64,000 bases of DNA, from NCBI GenBank assembly GCA_963713865.1, contig OY970208.1, positions 2,368,001 to 2,432,000 of the forward strand. The letters are read 5' to 3'. Origin of the DNA: an uncultured candidate division Zixibacteria bacterium (GTDB taxonomy: Bacteria; Zixibacteria; MSB-5A5; RBG-16-43-9). The notes under the pieces are model-generated. The model saw only the letters and a program-made list of their open reading frames with translations, made no database searches and was not told the origin of the DNA. This document shows, piece after piece, positions 20,102 through 30,231 of this stretch (the stretch's first letter is position 1; every line of letters starts with the position of its first letter). Position numbers and translations under genes: made by a program.

Positions 20102-20671
20102 GTGCCCAAAAAAAGAGTAATTCAGATGAAAGAAGAACCCCATCTCCGGATGCCTGATAATACTGATAAAGTTGATACAACTCGGCGTAGGTTTTTAAAG
20201 GTAGCCATTGGAATCTTACCCCTTCTGAGTGGCTTTGTATTGGGAATTCCGTTCATCCGGGCTCTGGTAAGTTCAAGGGCTAAAACAGCAAAACAGAACT
20301 GGTCCAGAGTTTTAGAAGTCAACTCTTTACCTGACGGTAAACCGGTAAGATTAAACTTTTCTACACAGACCGAAGATGCCTACCTGTATCAAACCGCAGT
20401 GTCCTCCGTTTGGGTTATTAGAAATTTCCCCACAGAGGTAACTGTATATTCGCCAGTCTGTCCCCACCTCGGTTGTTATTATAATTGGAATCCTCAGAAC
20501 GAACACTTCGAATGTCCCTGCCACAACAGCGTGTTCTCGATTAGCGGAAAGGTCCTGGCTGGACCTTCACCCCGTCCGCTCGATACTTTGTCAAGCAGGA
20601 TAGAAAACGGGACCTTATTCGTCAAATGGGAACAGTTTAAAGCCGGTATCCCTGAAAAAGTCCCGGTCTAG
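20102..20671 (+). CDS. Rieske [2Fe-2S] subunit of a Rieske/cytochrome b complex (start may be a downstream ATG)
   Basis: Tat motif TRRRFLK + TM; CPHLGC and CPCHNSVF; GPSPRPL. Confidence 0.92.
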   Translation: MPKKRVIQMKEEPHLRMPDNTDKVDTTRRRFLKVAIGILPLLSGFVLGIPFIRALVSSRAKTAKQNWSRVLEVNSLPDGKPVRLNFSTQTEDAYLYQTAVSSVWVIRNFPTEVTVYSPVCPHLGCYYNWNPQNEHFECPCHNSVFSISGKVLAGPSPRPLDTLSSRIENGTLFVKWEQFKAGIPEKVPV

Positions 20672-20679
20672 GAGGCTCA

Positions 20680-22620
20680 ATGTTTTCAAGTATCTGGAAT
20701 TGGTTGAATGAAAGATGGCCGTTCTCCTCTCTTTTTCATCTGGCAATAGACGAGGAGATCCCCGGTGGGAGTAGTTTCTCCTATACCATCGGCAGTGCCA
20801 TCCTGACGGTCTTCATATTACAGGCAGTAACAGGCATCATACAACTTTTCTACTACGTTCCTGCAGTTGATCACGCTTATGACAGCATCAGTTTCTTGAG
20901 GACAAAAGTGCCTTTTGGCTGGTTAATCAATGGATTGCATTACTGGGGTGCTAATGCTATGATTGTATTAGTAGCTCTTCATATATTGCGGGTTTTCATC
21001 TGGGGCGCATACAAAAATCCACGGGAATTGACCTGGCTCTTCGGCGTAGGGCTGTTACTCACCGCTATGGGTTTAAGTTTCACCGGTGGACCCCTGTCCT
21101 GGGACCAAAAGAGTTACTGGGAAGCAGAAGTAGGTACCAGTATTGCAGGAGCAGTGCCGGTAATTGGCGATCTGATCAAGCGGATATTGCGCGGGGGTGA
21201 TGGGCTGGGACAATTAACCCTATCTCGCTTTTTCATCGTCCATACCGCCATACTTCCAATTACGCTTTTGACATTGATTGGAGCACATCTTACTGCCCTC
21301 CGCCGTTTTGGGAGTGCTGGTCCCTGGGATAAAACCAGAAGAGAACTCAAAGGTCAATTCTGGCCAGATCAGGTATTCAAAGACGTGTTCATCGTAACGC
21401 TTATTATCCTTTTACTCATCACCTTAACTGTTTTTGCGCCAAAACCTTTTAACGGTCCGGCTGATCCTCTGGACTCCTCTTATATTCCAAAACCGGAATG
21501 GAATTTCCTGTTCCTTTATGAAACACTTAAGTTCTTTCCGGGAAAGCTTGAACCTATCGGCTCAGTTGGCATACCTTTTTTACTGGTTTTGCTGATGGTA
21601 GTCCTCCCCTTTCTTGACCGAAAGCCTGAACGAAATCCTGTCAAGCGTCCTGTAGTAATGATTTCTGCCTTTACCTTGGGGATGATTTTAATCCTGCTTA
21701 CCCTTGCGGGATTGTATAGTAAAGCAGTTGGCGCCGAGACACCAGCTTCCTCATCCACTCCAGCCTCAAAGAGTTCCGCTCTGCAGAATAGCTCTGAAGG
21801 TGCTGGACTGTTCCAATCACTGGGCTGTACTTCCTGCCATCGTGTCAACAATAACGGTGGGACAGTTGGTCCAGACTTGTCTTTTGAAGGGCAGCAGGGT
21901 CGTACCCGTGATTGGCTTATCACCCAGATTAAAAATCCCAGGGCAAATTTTCCAAATACGATAATGCCTTCCTATACCTCGCTTTCTGACCAGCAGATGA
22001 ATGAGCTGGTTGATTACCTTTTGAGCCTGGTTACTACTAAAGGGACAAAATCCAAAATTCAACCTGACGACACCAGCAGTAGAAAACCGACACCATCTGC
22101 CAGCTTATCTAAAACAGTCTCCCCTATAGATTCCTCTTCAGCAGGTTCTACTACTGAGAAAGAAACTGGCCCAGCCGCAAAAATTATCGGTAGTGTTGAC
22201 CGCGGAGCCGAGCTATTTAAAAAAGTGTGTTCCCCCTGTCACGGATCCGAAGACACGGACAAAGTCCCTAATCCCGGGTCAGACGATGGAACAGTGCCAC
22301 CTCTTAATCCAGTTGATAAAGAGTTGTCCAGCCGGGATCCTCAACTGTTTGCTGAAAACGTTGACCGGTTTATCCAGCACGGTTCAATCCCTTCCGGACC
22401 TAACCCGCAGCTCAGGATGCCGGGCTTTGGGGATAATAACGTTTTGACCCAACCCCAGATTGCCAACCTCGAAGCTTATTTATTAAGATTAAACGGGATC
22501 AACCGCACTCAACTGCTCAATCCGGGAATACAGCCACGTCGATTTTTTGCAATAGTTGCCCCATTATATATCCTGTTCTTACTGTTAATAGCTGGCATCT
22601 ACCTGCGCTTATCAAAGTAG
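20680..22620 (+). CDS. Cytochrome b(6) + subunit IV + two cytochrome c domains fusion
   Basis: Four heme-b histidines, PKPEWNF Qo-like motif, CTSCH and CSPCH, Ser/Thr-rich linkers, C-terminal TM. Confidence 0.9.
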   Translation: MFSSIWNWLNERWPFSSLFHLAIDEEIPGGSSFSYTIGSAILTVFILQAVTGIIQLFYYVPAVDHAYDSISFLRTKVPFGWLINGLHYWGANAMIVLVALHILRVFIWGAYKNPRELTWLFGVGLLLTAMGLSFTGGPLSWDQKSYWEAEVGTSIAGAVPVIGDLIKRILRGGDGLGQLTLSRFFIVHTAILPITLLTLIGAHLTALRRFGSAGPWDKTRRELKGQFWPDQVFKDVFIVTLIILLLITLTVFAPKPFNGPADPLDSSYIPKPEWNFLFLYETLKFFPGKLEPIGSVGIPFLLVLLMVVLPFLDRKPERNPVKRPVVMISAFTLGMILILLTLAGLYSKAVGAETPASSSTPASKSSALQNSSEGAGLFQSLGCTSCHRVNNNGGTVGPDLSFEGQQGRTRDWLITQIKNPRANFPNTIMPSYTSLSDQQMNELVDYLLSLVTTKGTKSKIQPDDTSSRKPTPSASLSKTVSPIDSSSAGSTTEKETGPAAKIIGSVDRGAELFKKVCSPCHGSEDTDKVPNPGSDDGTVPPLNPVDKELSSRDPQLFAENVDRFIQHGSIPSGPNPQLRMPGFGDNNVLTQPQIANLEAYLLRLNGINRTQLLNPGIQPRRFFAIVAPLYILFLLLIAGIYLRLSK

Positions 22621-22881
22621 CCTTACAAAATGTAGCGTCCAGGTTTATCCCGGACGAATTTTGTTATTCAGTTAGAAGCAGTTTTAATTTTCCTTTTTCC
22701 TTTTTCCATCTTCCTTTTCTTATAATGGAGAGTGATAAGGAGAGGTTTCTTTGGTAAGTCAAACATTCCTGTGGCTACGAGCCTGCCCGCCCTTTGGGCG
22801 CCAAGCTTTGCTCTCTGACCCTATAGAACAGACAAGTCCGAGAAGCGGATCCGTAGGAAATGTCTGTTTTACCACAAAAAT

Positions 22882-22905
22882 AAAAAGCCCCCATACGGGG
22901 GCTTT
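22882..22905 (-). terminator. Intrinsic terminator of the OMP gene
   Basis: aaaaagcccccatacgggggcttt hairpin with a T-tract on the minus strand. Confidence 0.75.
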
Positions 22906-22928
22906 CATCCTTCTCTCACTGACTTATT

Positions 22929-23531
22929 TTAAAATCCGAAAGTTATCCCACCTAATAGAGTAGTATAATGAGAACCCTTGGTTCCGAATTCCTCCTGTTC
23001 AGTCATAATATGAGTATATCTATATTCCGCAAAAATCTCAAAAGGGACTGCCGGGAATTTCAGGGAAACCCCTCCTACTCCATGATAACCCAGTCTATTC
23101 TCATCCACCGGTAAAACGAACGTCGGACCTTCATCTATGGAAGAAGAATAGGTAAGCCAGTGCCAGCCCAGACCAGCCCCGATATAAGGCTTTATCACCG
23201 GCATAAGGTCGATTTTATACTTGGCAGTAACGTTCAGGGATAAATCCCTCACCGTAAAATCAGCTTTCGTGTCCCCGAGCAAAAACTCTTTTTTCTTCCA
23301 GGCCATCTCCGCCGAACCCTCTAAATCGATTATCGGAATAAAACCGAATACCACTTGCGCACCTAACATCGGCATCTCTTTTAAATCCACGGGAAGCGAA
23401 GATTCATCCAGCCCGGGATTGTCATAGTTCTGAACGAACCCTCCTCTGATCCCAAACCCGACTCCAGAGATAGCATAGACTGGCGATGCACAAAGTATCA
23501 GGACTCCGAGCAAAATTACTATTTTTTTCAT
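22929..23531 (-). CDS. Small outer-membrane beta-barrel protein (OmpW/OmpA-like)
   Basis: Signal peptide, PYIGAGLG strand, alternating pattern, terminal Phe. Confidence 0.8.
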   Translation of the reverse strand: MKKIVILLGVLILCASPVYAISGVGFGIRGGFVQNYDNPGLDESSLPVDLKEMPMLGAQVVFGFIPIIDLEGSAEMAWKKKEFLLGDTKADFTVRDLSLNVTAKYKIDLMPVIKPYIGAGLGWHWLTYSSSIDEGPTFVLPVDENRLGYHGVGGVSLKFPAVPFEIFAEYRYTHIMTEQEEFGTKGSHYTTLLGGITFGF

Positions 23532-23635
23532 CCCTCCTCCTTTCTTTGGTTTAGATCCTCTTATTTTTAAATTATCGGAAATTAAAAAGCCAAACCTTAA
23601 TCATTTCAGAGAATAAAAACTGGATTATACAGATT

Positions 23636-23838
23636 GTCATTCTGACCCCCTACGGGGGGAAGAATCTATTTTCTTTTTTTAAATTAGATGCTTCGTCCTG
23701 CGGACTCAGCATGACACTCTAATGTTTAGGCAGGGGTTGTACCCCTGCTCTTTTTCCGGACAGGGTATTTACCCTGTCCGAGCAGAAGGTTTCCGTCAGG
23801 TCAGGGAACCTGACGACCACATGAGCCCCTCCCCTACC
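23636..23838. repeat. GTCA-type long palindrome plus short REP hairpins
   Basis: gtcattctga...gaagaatct...agatgcttc...tcagcatgac; ggacagggtatttaccctgtcc; cgtcaggtcagggaacctgacg. Confidence 0.7.
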
Positions 23839-23849
23839 ATAACTTAAAA

Positions 23850-24611
23850 TCATTTTACCTTCCCCATAAAAGCCACCATCCTGCCAGCTTTTTCTTTATC
23901 CCTTCTGTAAGACTGATAAATCTTGCCTCCACAGAAGGTACAATATTTTGACAATAAGATACTCTCTTCTTTAACTCCTGATTTCAGAAATCTATCTTTA
24001 ACCCATCCCTTCAAATCCAGATATTTTTCTTTCCCCTTTTTCTCAATATATTTATCATCAACCAGAACTGCAAGATTATCAGAGATTTTATAACAGCATT
24101 TCCCGATTGAAGGACCGAAAACTAAATTTATCTCCTCAGGTTTTGAATTAAAAATGTGAAAAGCCTCATTTATAAATTTTTCCGCTATACCCAAAAGAGC
24201 ACCTCTCCATCCGATATGCGCTAATCCTACCAAACCTTTTTCCTGATCAGTTAAAAATACAGATAGACAATCTGCCACCTGAACTACCAAAAAGAGATTT
24301 TCTTGGTCGGTTAGAAGCGCATCCCCTTCCAATCTTACGACTCTCTCTTTCGCTTTCTCCTTGAATATTTTTACCTGAGTCTGATGAACCTGCCTGGGTA
24401 TTACAACTTTAAAATTTTCTTCTGAAATATCCGAAACCATAGAAATCAATCCTGGAATATCTGAAGGATCAAGCTTTGTTCCGTCTTTATGACCTAAGAT
24501 AAGCCCAGCTTTGAGAGATCCAGATTTTTCTAAATGTGCGAATTTCAGATAATTTATCCCCTCATTTTCCTCTATCTCTATTTTCTCACTTACTGCTGAT
24601 CTGCTCTTCAT
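23850..24611 (-). CDS. pgeF: PgeF/YfiH family protein (peptidoglycan editing factor / purine nucleoside phosphorylase)
   Basis: QVH, GDALLT, VADC, AHIGWRG, GPSIG.CCY, CT.C, SYRR. Confidence 0.88.
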   Translation of the reverse strand: MKSRSAVSEKIEIEENEGINYLKFAHLEKSGSLKAGLILGHKDGTKLDPSDIPGLISMVSDISEENFKVVIPRQVHQTQVKIFKEKAKERVVRLEGDALLTDQENLFLVVQVADCLSVFLTDQEKGLVGLAHIGWRGALLGIAEKFINEAFHIFNSKPEEINLVFGPSIGKCCYKISDNLAVLVDDKYIEKKGKEKYLDLKGWVKDRFLKSGVKEESILLSKYCTFCGGKIYQSYRRDKEKAGRMVAFMGKVK

Positions 24612-26761
24612 CCTTTTTGTCCTTCTTCTAATTCAATCCCCTTGGCTCTTTCGACTTCGATTACCCCTTTGACCCGTCTTACTCTTTTGATCGTCCGGTT
24701 TAAATGTCTCAAATTTTTGACTTCTATGATAAAACTTCCCACCGTAGCTGCCTGTCCTGGTTTTATCTCCGCACCGCGCACGTTGGTGTCTGCATCTGCA
24801 ATAACCTCGGTTATGTCCCTTAACATGTTTTTTCTATCCTCAACTAATATTTCTAACCTCACCATAAAAGATTGATTTTTATCCACATCCCATTCCACCT
24901 CCACCTTTCTGTCGCTGTCTACCATCATCTGTAGGGCATTAAGACAATCTGCTCGATGAACTGAAACTCCTCTACCTCTGGTAATAAAACCAACGATCCT
25001 CTCACCCGGAATGGGCTGACAGCATTGAGCAAATCTGAACATTAGACTCCCCAAACCCTGAATCCTTATACCGCTCCTTCCTCTGGCTTTCTCCACGAAC
25101 TTCTGGATAATACCTTCCTTCGCTTTTGAAGGAGGCTCCTCCGGTAATATTTCAGATAATACATGTCTTATAGAAAGACTCCCTTTACCCAGGGCGGAGA
25201 GAAGTTCCTCCGATGAGGATAAATTAAACCTCATGGCTAAATCCGTAAGCTCGTGTTCCCCCATCATTTTTTGATGATGTCTCCTGAATTCCTTTTCCAG
25301 AAGCTCTTTCCCTAAATTCAAGCTCTCTTCATACTCCTTCTGCTTGAGATAGTGTCTGATCTTGCTTCGTGCTTTAGTGGTTTTGACAATCTTTAACCAG
25401 TCTGAAGTAGGCATTTGATGAGTAGTGGTGATTACTTCTACTCTGTCACCGCTGGAAAGAATGGTATTCAAAGGCACCATTTTGTCATTAACCTTTGCAC
25501 CGGTGCAGTGATTGCCCACATCAGAGTGAACCGCATAAGCAAAATCAAGCGGAGTGGACCCTTTGGGTAACTGCTTCAGCTCACCTTTTGGAGTGAAAAC
25601 GAAAACATCATCCTGGAACAGGTCGATCTTTAAATATTCCAGGAATTCTGAAGGGGTAGAAAGCTCCCTCTGCCACTCTAAAACCTCTCTTAGCCAGATC
25701 ATCTGTTTGTCCGTTTCATCCAACTCTTTTTTCCCTTCTTTGTAGAGCCAGTGAGCAGCAATACCATACTCTGCAGTGCGGTGCATTTGATGAGTCCTTA
25801 TCTGGATCTCTACCATCCTTCCCCGAGGACCAATCACCGTAGTGTGCAGGGATTGATACATATTCCTCTTGGGTGTGGCGATATAGTCCCTGAACCTCTC
25901 TGCCACCGGTGTCCATAAATTATGAATTATCCCTAAAGCTTGATAGCATTCTCCTACTGTATCAACCATGGTCCGGATAGCAAAAAGGTCGTAGATCTCC
26001 TCAAGTGGTTTATTCCGGTCTTTTAATTTATGAGAGATACTGTATAAATGTTTTGCCCTGCCAGTAATTTCAGATTTTATTCCGGATTTCTCCAGCTCAT
26101 CTATCAGGGGTTTTGTCACCTCCTGGACATATTCATCTCGTTCTTCTTTTTTCTCGTTAATAGCATTCAGAAGATCTTTATATGCTTCCGGCTCTAAAAA
26201 CTTAAAAGAAAGGTCCTCTAATTCAGTTTTAACCATTGCCATCCCGAAACGATGAGCTAAAGGGGCATAGACTTCTTTGGTTTCCTGCGCAATCCTCAGC
26301 TGTTTTTCCCTGGGCAAAGCATCCAGGGTACGCATATTGTGTAATCTGTCAGCCAGTTTAATGATTATCACCCGGATATCCTTAGCCATAGATAAAAGCA
26401 TCTTGCGGTAATATTCCGCTTGTTCCTCTTCTGCACTTTCAAATTTAATCTCTCCTATCTTGGTGACTCCGTCCATTAACATGGCAATCTCATCCCCAAA
26501 CTCTTTTTCAATCTCTTCAAGCTTAATGTCGGTTTCTTCGATAACATCATGGATCATCCCCGCAGCAATCGTATCTGTATCTAAATGCTGTTCAGCTAAG
26601 ATAAAGGCGACTTCCAGGCAATGCTGGATATAAGGATCACCTGATTCACGGAACTGCCCCTGATGAGCTTTATTGGAGAACTCGTAAGCTTTCCGTAAAA
26701 GAGGAATATCCACGTTGGCGTTAAACGATTCGATCTTTATCACAAATTCAGCTAAGTTCAT
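24608..26761 (-). CDS. rel: Long RelA/SpoT homolog, (p)ppGpp synthetase/hydrolase
   Basis: HD domain, KLADRLHNMRTL, YQSLHT, EIQIRT, TGS and ACT domains. Confidence 0.95.
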   Translation of the reverse strand: MNLAEFVIKIESFNANVDIPLLRKAYEFSNKAHQGQFRESGDPYIQHCLEVAFILAEQHLDTDTIAAGMIHDVIEETDIKLEEIEKEFGDEIAMLMDGVTKIGEIKFESAEEEQAEYYRKMLLSMAKDIRVIIIKLADRLHNMRTLDALPREKQLRIAQETKEVYAPLAHRFGMAMVKTELEDLSFKFLEPEAYKDLLNAINEKKEERDEYVQEVTKPLIDELEKSGIKSEITGRAKHLYSISHKLKDRNKPLEEIYDLFAIRTMVDTVGECYQALGIIHNLWTPVAERFRDYIATPKRNMYQSLHTTVIGPRGRMVEIQIRTHQMHRTAEYGIAAHWLYKEGKKELDETDKQMIWLREVLEWQRELSTPSEFLEYLKIDLFQDDVFVFTPKGELKQLPKGSTPLDFAYAVHSDVGNHCTGAKVNDKMVPLNTILSSGDRVEVITTTHQMPTSDWLKIVKTTKARSKIRHYLKQKEYEESLNLGKELLEKEFRRHHQKMMGEHELTDLAMRFNLSSSEELLSALGKGSLSIRHVLSEILPEEPPSKAKEGIIQKFVEKARGRSGIRIQGLGSLMFRFAQCCQPIPGERIVGFITRGRGVSVHRADCLNALQMMVDSDRKVEVEWDVDKNQSFMVRLEILVEDRKNMLRDITEVIADADTNVRGAEIKPGQAATVGSFIIEVKNLRHLNRTIKRVRRVKGVIEVERAKGIELEEGQKG

Positions 26762-26817
26762 TTTTTCCCTTGTCTTTACATATATTTAGACGATTTTTCT
26801 TCTACAAGAAGACAATT

Positions 26818-27783
26818 TTATATTTTAAAAAACAAGCCATACTTTTCTATATCCCGACCTGGACAGCCTAAAAGGTGCCACAGCAAAAGATGAGAATAGC
26901 TAACAAGTTTTTCTTTATATCTTTTTTTTAACCCTAAAGTAACTATTAAAGCTACTAGATTTAATCCCGTGTTAATCATAGTCTTAACAAAACGGAAAAT
27001 CCTCAGGATAATATAGCTGATCAGACTATAATTTTTTTTGAAAAATCTATAATAACTGCGATAATATTCTATCCTCCCCTTGGATTTAAGATCAAGCAAA
27101 CTCTGTCCCTGTTTGTGATAAACCTTCAATTGAGGCAGATGATAGACCTTCCAGCCCATCTTTTTCATCTGAAAACACCAGTCTGTTTCCTCCAGGAATA
27201 GAAAATAATCCGGGTCTAATTCACCTGCTTCTTTAATCGCTTCTGGGCGAACAATCATACAGGCACCGATAACCGAGTCAACCTCAATCGGAGATATATA
27301 TTCCTGATATTTGCTCGGATATTTTCCAGGGAAAAGGAATCTTAGAAGAGATTTGTTGAAAAGCTCCTGGGTCAAACTGGGGAAATTATCAATGGAGTTC
27401 TGTTTGGTCCCATCTGGATTTAATAGCTGAACTCCTGCCAATCCCGCATCTTTATTCTGATCCATAAAATCAACCAGCCCTTTCAATACCCCGGGCAATA
27501 CTTTTACATCCGGGTTAAGCAGAAGGAAGTATCTACCCGTCGCCAGTGCCAGTCCTTGATTTACTCCCCGTGCAAATCCTATATTCTCAGAATTAACCAA
27601 CAGCTTAACCTGGGGGAAATCTTTTTTAATCATCCCCACACTTTGATCCCTTGAATTATTATCGACCACTAAAAATTCAAGCTTGAGGTTTCCTCTGTCT
27701 TCCTCTACTGAGTTAAGACATTCTTTCAAAAGAGAAGTAGTATTGAAATTAACTATAATCACCGAAAGATCTATGGAATTCAT
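26818..27783 (-). CDS. Glycosyltransferase family 2 (WbbL/rhamnosyltransferase-like)
   Basis: VVDNNS.D, LLLNPD, GACM, EETDWC. Confidence 0.88.
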   Translation of the reverse strand: MNSIDLSVIIVNFNTTSLLKECLNSVEEDRGNLKLEFLVVDNNSRDQSVGMIKKDFPQVKLLVNSENIGFARGVNQGLALATGRYFLLLNPDVKVLPGVLKGLVDFMDQNKDAGLAGVQLLNPDGTKQNSIDNFPSLTQELFNKSLLRFLFPGKYPSKYQEYISPIEVDSVIGACMIVRPEAIKEAGELDPDYFLFLEETDWCFQMKKMGWKVYHLPQLKVYHKQGQSLLDLKSKGRIEYYRSYYRFFKKNYSLISYIILRIFRFVKTMINTGLNLVALIVTLGLKKRYKEKLVSYSHLLLWHLLGCPGRDIEKYGLFFKI

Positions 27784-27803
27784 TTTCTTTATACACCTTT
27801 TTT

Positions 27804-28144
27804 CGTCTTAGGTCTTACATCTCACTTCTTACCTTTTCTTTTTTCACCTTGAACTCTTGAACTTTTGAACCCTTGAACCATCTTTTTTATTTTCCTATTT
27901 GCTACCTGCTCCAGGCTACCTGCTTACTTTCGTCTCCCATTTTACTTCTTACGTCTTACATCTCACCTTTTTCTTTATTTATTTCTTTTGTTTTCCTTTT
28001 TCAACCTTCCCTTTGTCATTTCTCTACTACAGCATCCACCTTTAAAGCAAAGCGGGATTACCATTGTTATTCGATATTCGTTTTTGCTACCAGCTACCTG
28101 CTTACCTTCGTTTCCCGTCTTACCTCTTACGTCTCACGTCTTAC
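27804..28144. repeat. Degenerate 7-8-mer tandem repeats (cttacgt/ctcacgt, cttgaac, gctacct)
   Basis: e.g. cttgaactcttgaacttttgaacccttgaacc; cttacctcttacgtctcacgtcttac. Confidence 0.75.
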
Positions 28145-28885
28145 TTTATTTTTCATCTCCCAGTATTTAGCATATTTAATAAAGATATAAAAAGAGTGAA
28201 TAACGCTCAAAATCAATCCCGGAATTCCATCCCTGAAACCCTGTTTTAGAATATAAATTTTAAAAAACCCGAAGATGGGAGAAAATACTAACTTTAATAA
28301 CCCCCCGGACTTCCCTTTTTCCCTCATATCTAAAGCAGAAAGAGTCGTATAGCTATCTAATTTTTTTAAGTTATGACTCAGGTTTTCAAAAGGGTAATGT
28401 TCGATCTTCCCTTGCAATCTACCGGTTTTTCCTTTTAGGCTTACACCTTCATGTACCCTTTTTTCTTCTAAAATTGCTTTTTCTTTTCTGAAAAGTCTTA
28501 AAACCCAATCTGAATCCCAGGCATGTTCTATCCATCTGCCTAAAAATTTGGAGCGTCTCCTTATCCAGTATCCATCGATTTCAGGAAAAATATCTATCTT
28601 CCTTCTAATCTCCTGAGCTAATTCCGGTGTAACCACTTCATCTGCATCAATATTTAAAACCCATTCAAAAGAAGCCAGATTGCAAGCATACTCTTTCTGC
28701 CGGGCAAACCCCAGCCATTTCTGAATAAAAATCATCTCAGTGTACTCTCTGGCAATGGATACGGTTTTGTCTTTGCTTTCTGAATCGACCACCACGATCT
28801 CATCTGCAAATTTAAGGCTTTCCAGACATCGTTGGATATTTTTCTCTTCATTATAGGTGATAACTACTGCAGAGATTTTGGCCAT
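28127..28885 (-). CDS. Glycosyltransferase family 2, LPS core beta-1,4-glucosyltransferase (LgtF/WaaE-like)
   Basis: ITYNEE.NI..CL.S, VVDSES.D.T, IDADE, VHE, GF.DG..G. Confidence 0.88.
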   Translation of the reverse strand: MAKISAVVITYNEEKNIQRCLESLKFADEIVVVDSESKDKTVSIAREYTEMIFIQKWLGFARQKEYACNLASFEWVLNIDADEVVTPELAQEIRRKIDIFPEIDGYWIRRRSKFLGRWIEHAWDSDWVLRLFRKEKAILEEKRVHEGVSLKGKTGRLQGKIEHYPFENLSHNLKKLDSYTTLSALDMREKGKSGGLLKLVFSPIFGFFKIYILKQGFRDGIPGLILSVIHSFYIFIKYAKYWEMKNKVRRET

Positions 28886-28912
28886 AATTATAAAATCCTT
28901 TTAAAAATATTT

Positions 28913-29062
28913 AGTAGCGCGACCCTTTCAGAGAGTGTTGAAAAACTGGAATTATTAGAGTGTCATTCTGAGCGAAGCGAAGAATCTTGATATGAATCAG
29001 CGAGATTCTTCGGTCGCTACACTCCCTCAGAATGACATGTTGGGGTATTTCAACACTCCCTT
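28913..29062. repeat. Nested palindromic element (GTCA type) with outer inverted repeat
   Basis: gagtgttgaaa...gtcattctgagcgaagcgaagaatct...agattcttcg...ctcagaatgac...tttcaacactc. Confidence 0.75.
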
Positions 29063-29079
29063 TCAAAATTGTCTCAGCC

Positions 29080-30213
29080 TTATGAGTACTCAAAAATACT
29101 CCGATAAAACTCCTCAGTTATACGAGCAAAATTATTTAAAGAGAATTCATTCTCTGTTAAAACCCTTCCCGCTTTACCATAACTTTCTCTTTTCGTCTTA
29201 TCTTTGAGTAACTCCAGAATCGCATCAGTCATATTCCTGATGTTTTTTGGTTTAACAATCAATCCATTTATACCGTCCTTTACGACTTCAGGTATCCCAT
29301 TGATATCAGTCCCGACCACTGGTTTACCCAAAGCCATATATTCTAAAGCCACACGGCACACAGTCTCCGAGCCTGCTGAGGCTACCACTGCAATATCCAT
29401 AAGTGAGATTATCTTCCTTGAATCTTCAGTCCTTCCAATAAAGATAAATTTGTCTGAAACTCCCATTTCCCGAACCAGTTTTTTCAAACGATATGCTTTA
29501 ACTTGGGCATCCTCTCCGGCAATTAAGAATTTGACCGATTGAAAACTCTTCAAAACTTCTACGGCTGCTTGAATGAAATATCTATGACCTTTTACCGGCG
29601 AAAGCCTTCCCAAAATCCCGACAACCAGTTCATCCTTTGAGATGCCTAAGGTCTTTATTAGCTCTGAATCTTTCTCTACGGGGGAAAAATAATCCGGATC
29701 AATTCCCAGGGGAATATTTATTAATCTATTCTCGTCCAGACTAAAATTTTCCGAATAACTTCTATATAATATTTCTGCAGTCGTAATAACCCCATCCGTC
29801 CATCTTTCATTCAGCCATCGATTAAAAATATTATTTTTAGGCATCCTTTGATCCCCTCGAGTGCGGATCAGAATATATTTTTTTTTGAACAACTTTTTGA
29901 GCAAGCCAGCATATAGATGCCCTTCTCCTTGATGAGCGTTGACCAGATTTATATTTCTTTTTTCAATCAGGTCATTTAGCCTTTTCAGATTATAAATAAA
30001 CCTGCCCGGATTCTGATAGGACAGATAAAGGTCCGGGAAAATCTCCAATCCCATCTTCTCTGCAACTTGCAGTGTTGGAGAATTATTATCTCCGGCTAAG
30101 ATCACCTTATGACCTCTTTTTTGCAAACCCGAAGAAAGAGCCACCGCATAATGTGCACAGGCATTATACCATCTGACATTAACCAGTTGCAAAATGTTCA
30201 GAGTTTTTTTCAT
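29080..30213 (-). CDS. Glycosyltransferase family 4
   Basis: GRLSPVKGH, E...R.ALEYMA.GKPVV.T. Confidence 0.9.
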   Translation of the reverse strand: MKKTLNILQLVNVRWYNACAHYAVALSSGLQKRGHKVILAGDNNSPTLQVAEKMGLEIFPDLYLSYQNPGRFIYNLKRLNDLIEKRNINLVNAHQGEGHLYAGLLKKLFKKKYILIRTRGDQRMPKNNIFNRWLNERWTDGVITTAEILYRSYSENFSLDENRLINIPLGIDPDYFSPVEKDSELIKTLGISKDELVVGILGRLSPVKGHRYFIQAAVEVLKSFQSVKFLIAGEDAQVKAYRLKKLVREMGVSDKFIFIGRTEDSRKIISLMDIAVVASAGSETVCRVALEYMALGKPVVGTDINGIPEVVKDGINGLIVKPKNIRNMTDAILELLKDKTKRESYGKAGRVLTENEFSLNNFARITEEFYRSIFEYS

Positions 30214-30231
30214 TCCTTCTTTATGTTTTTT

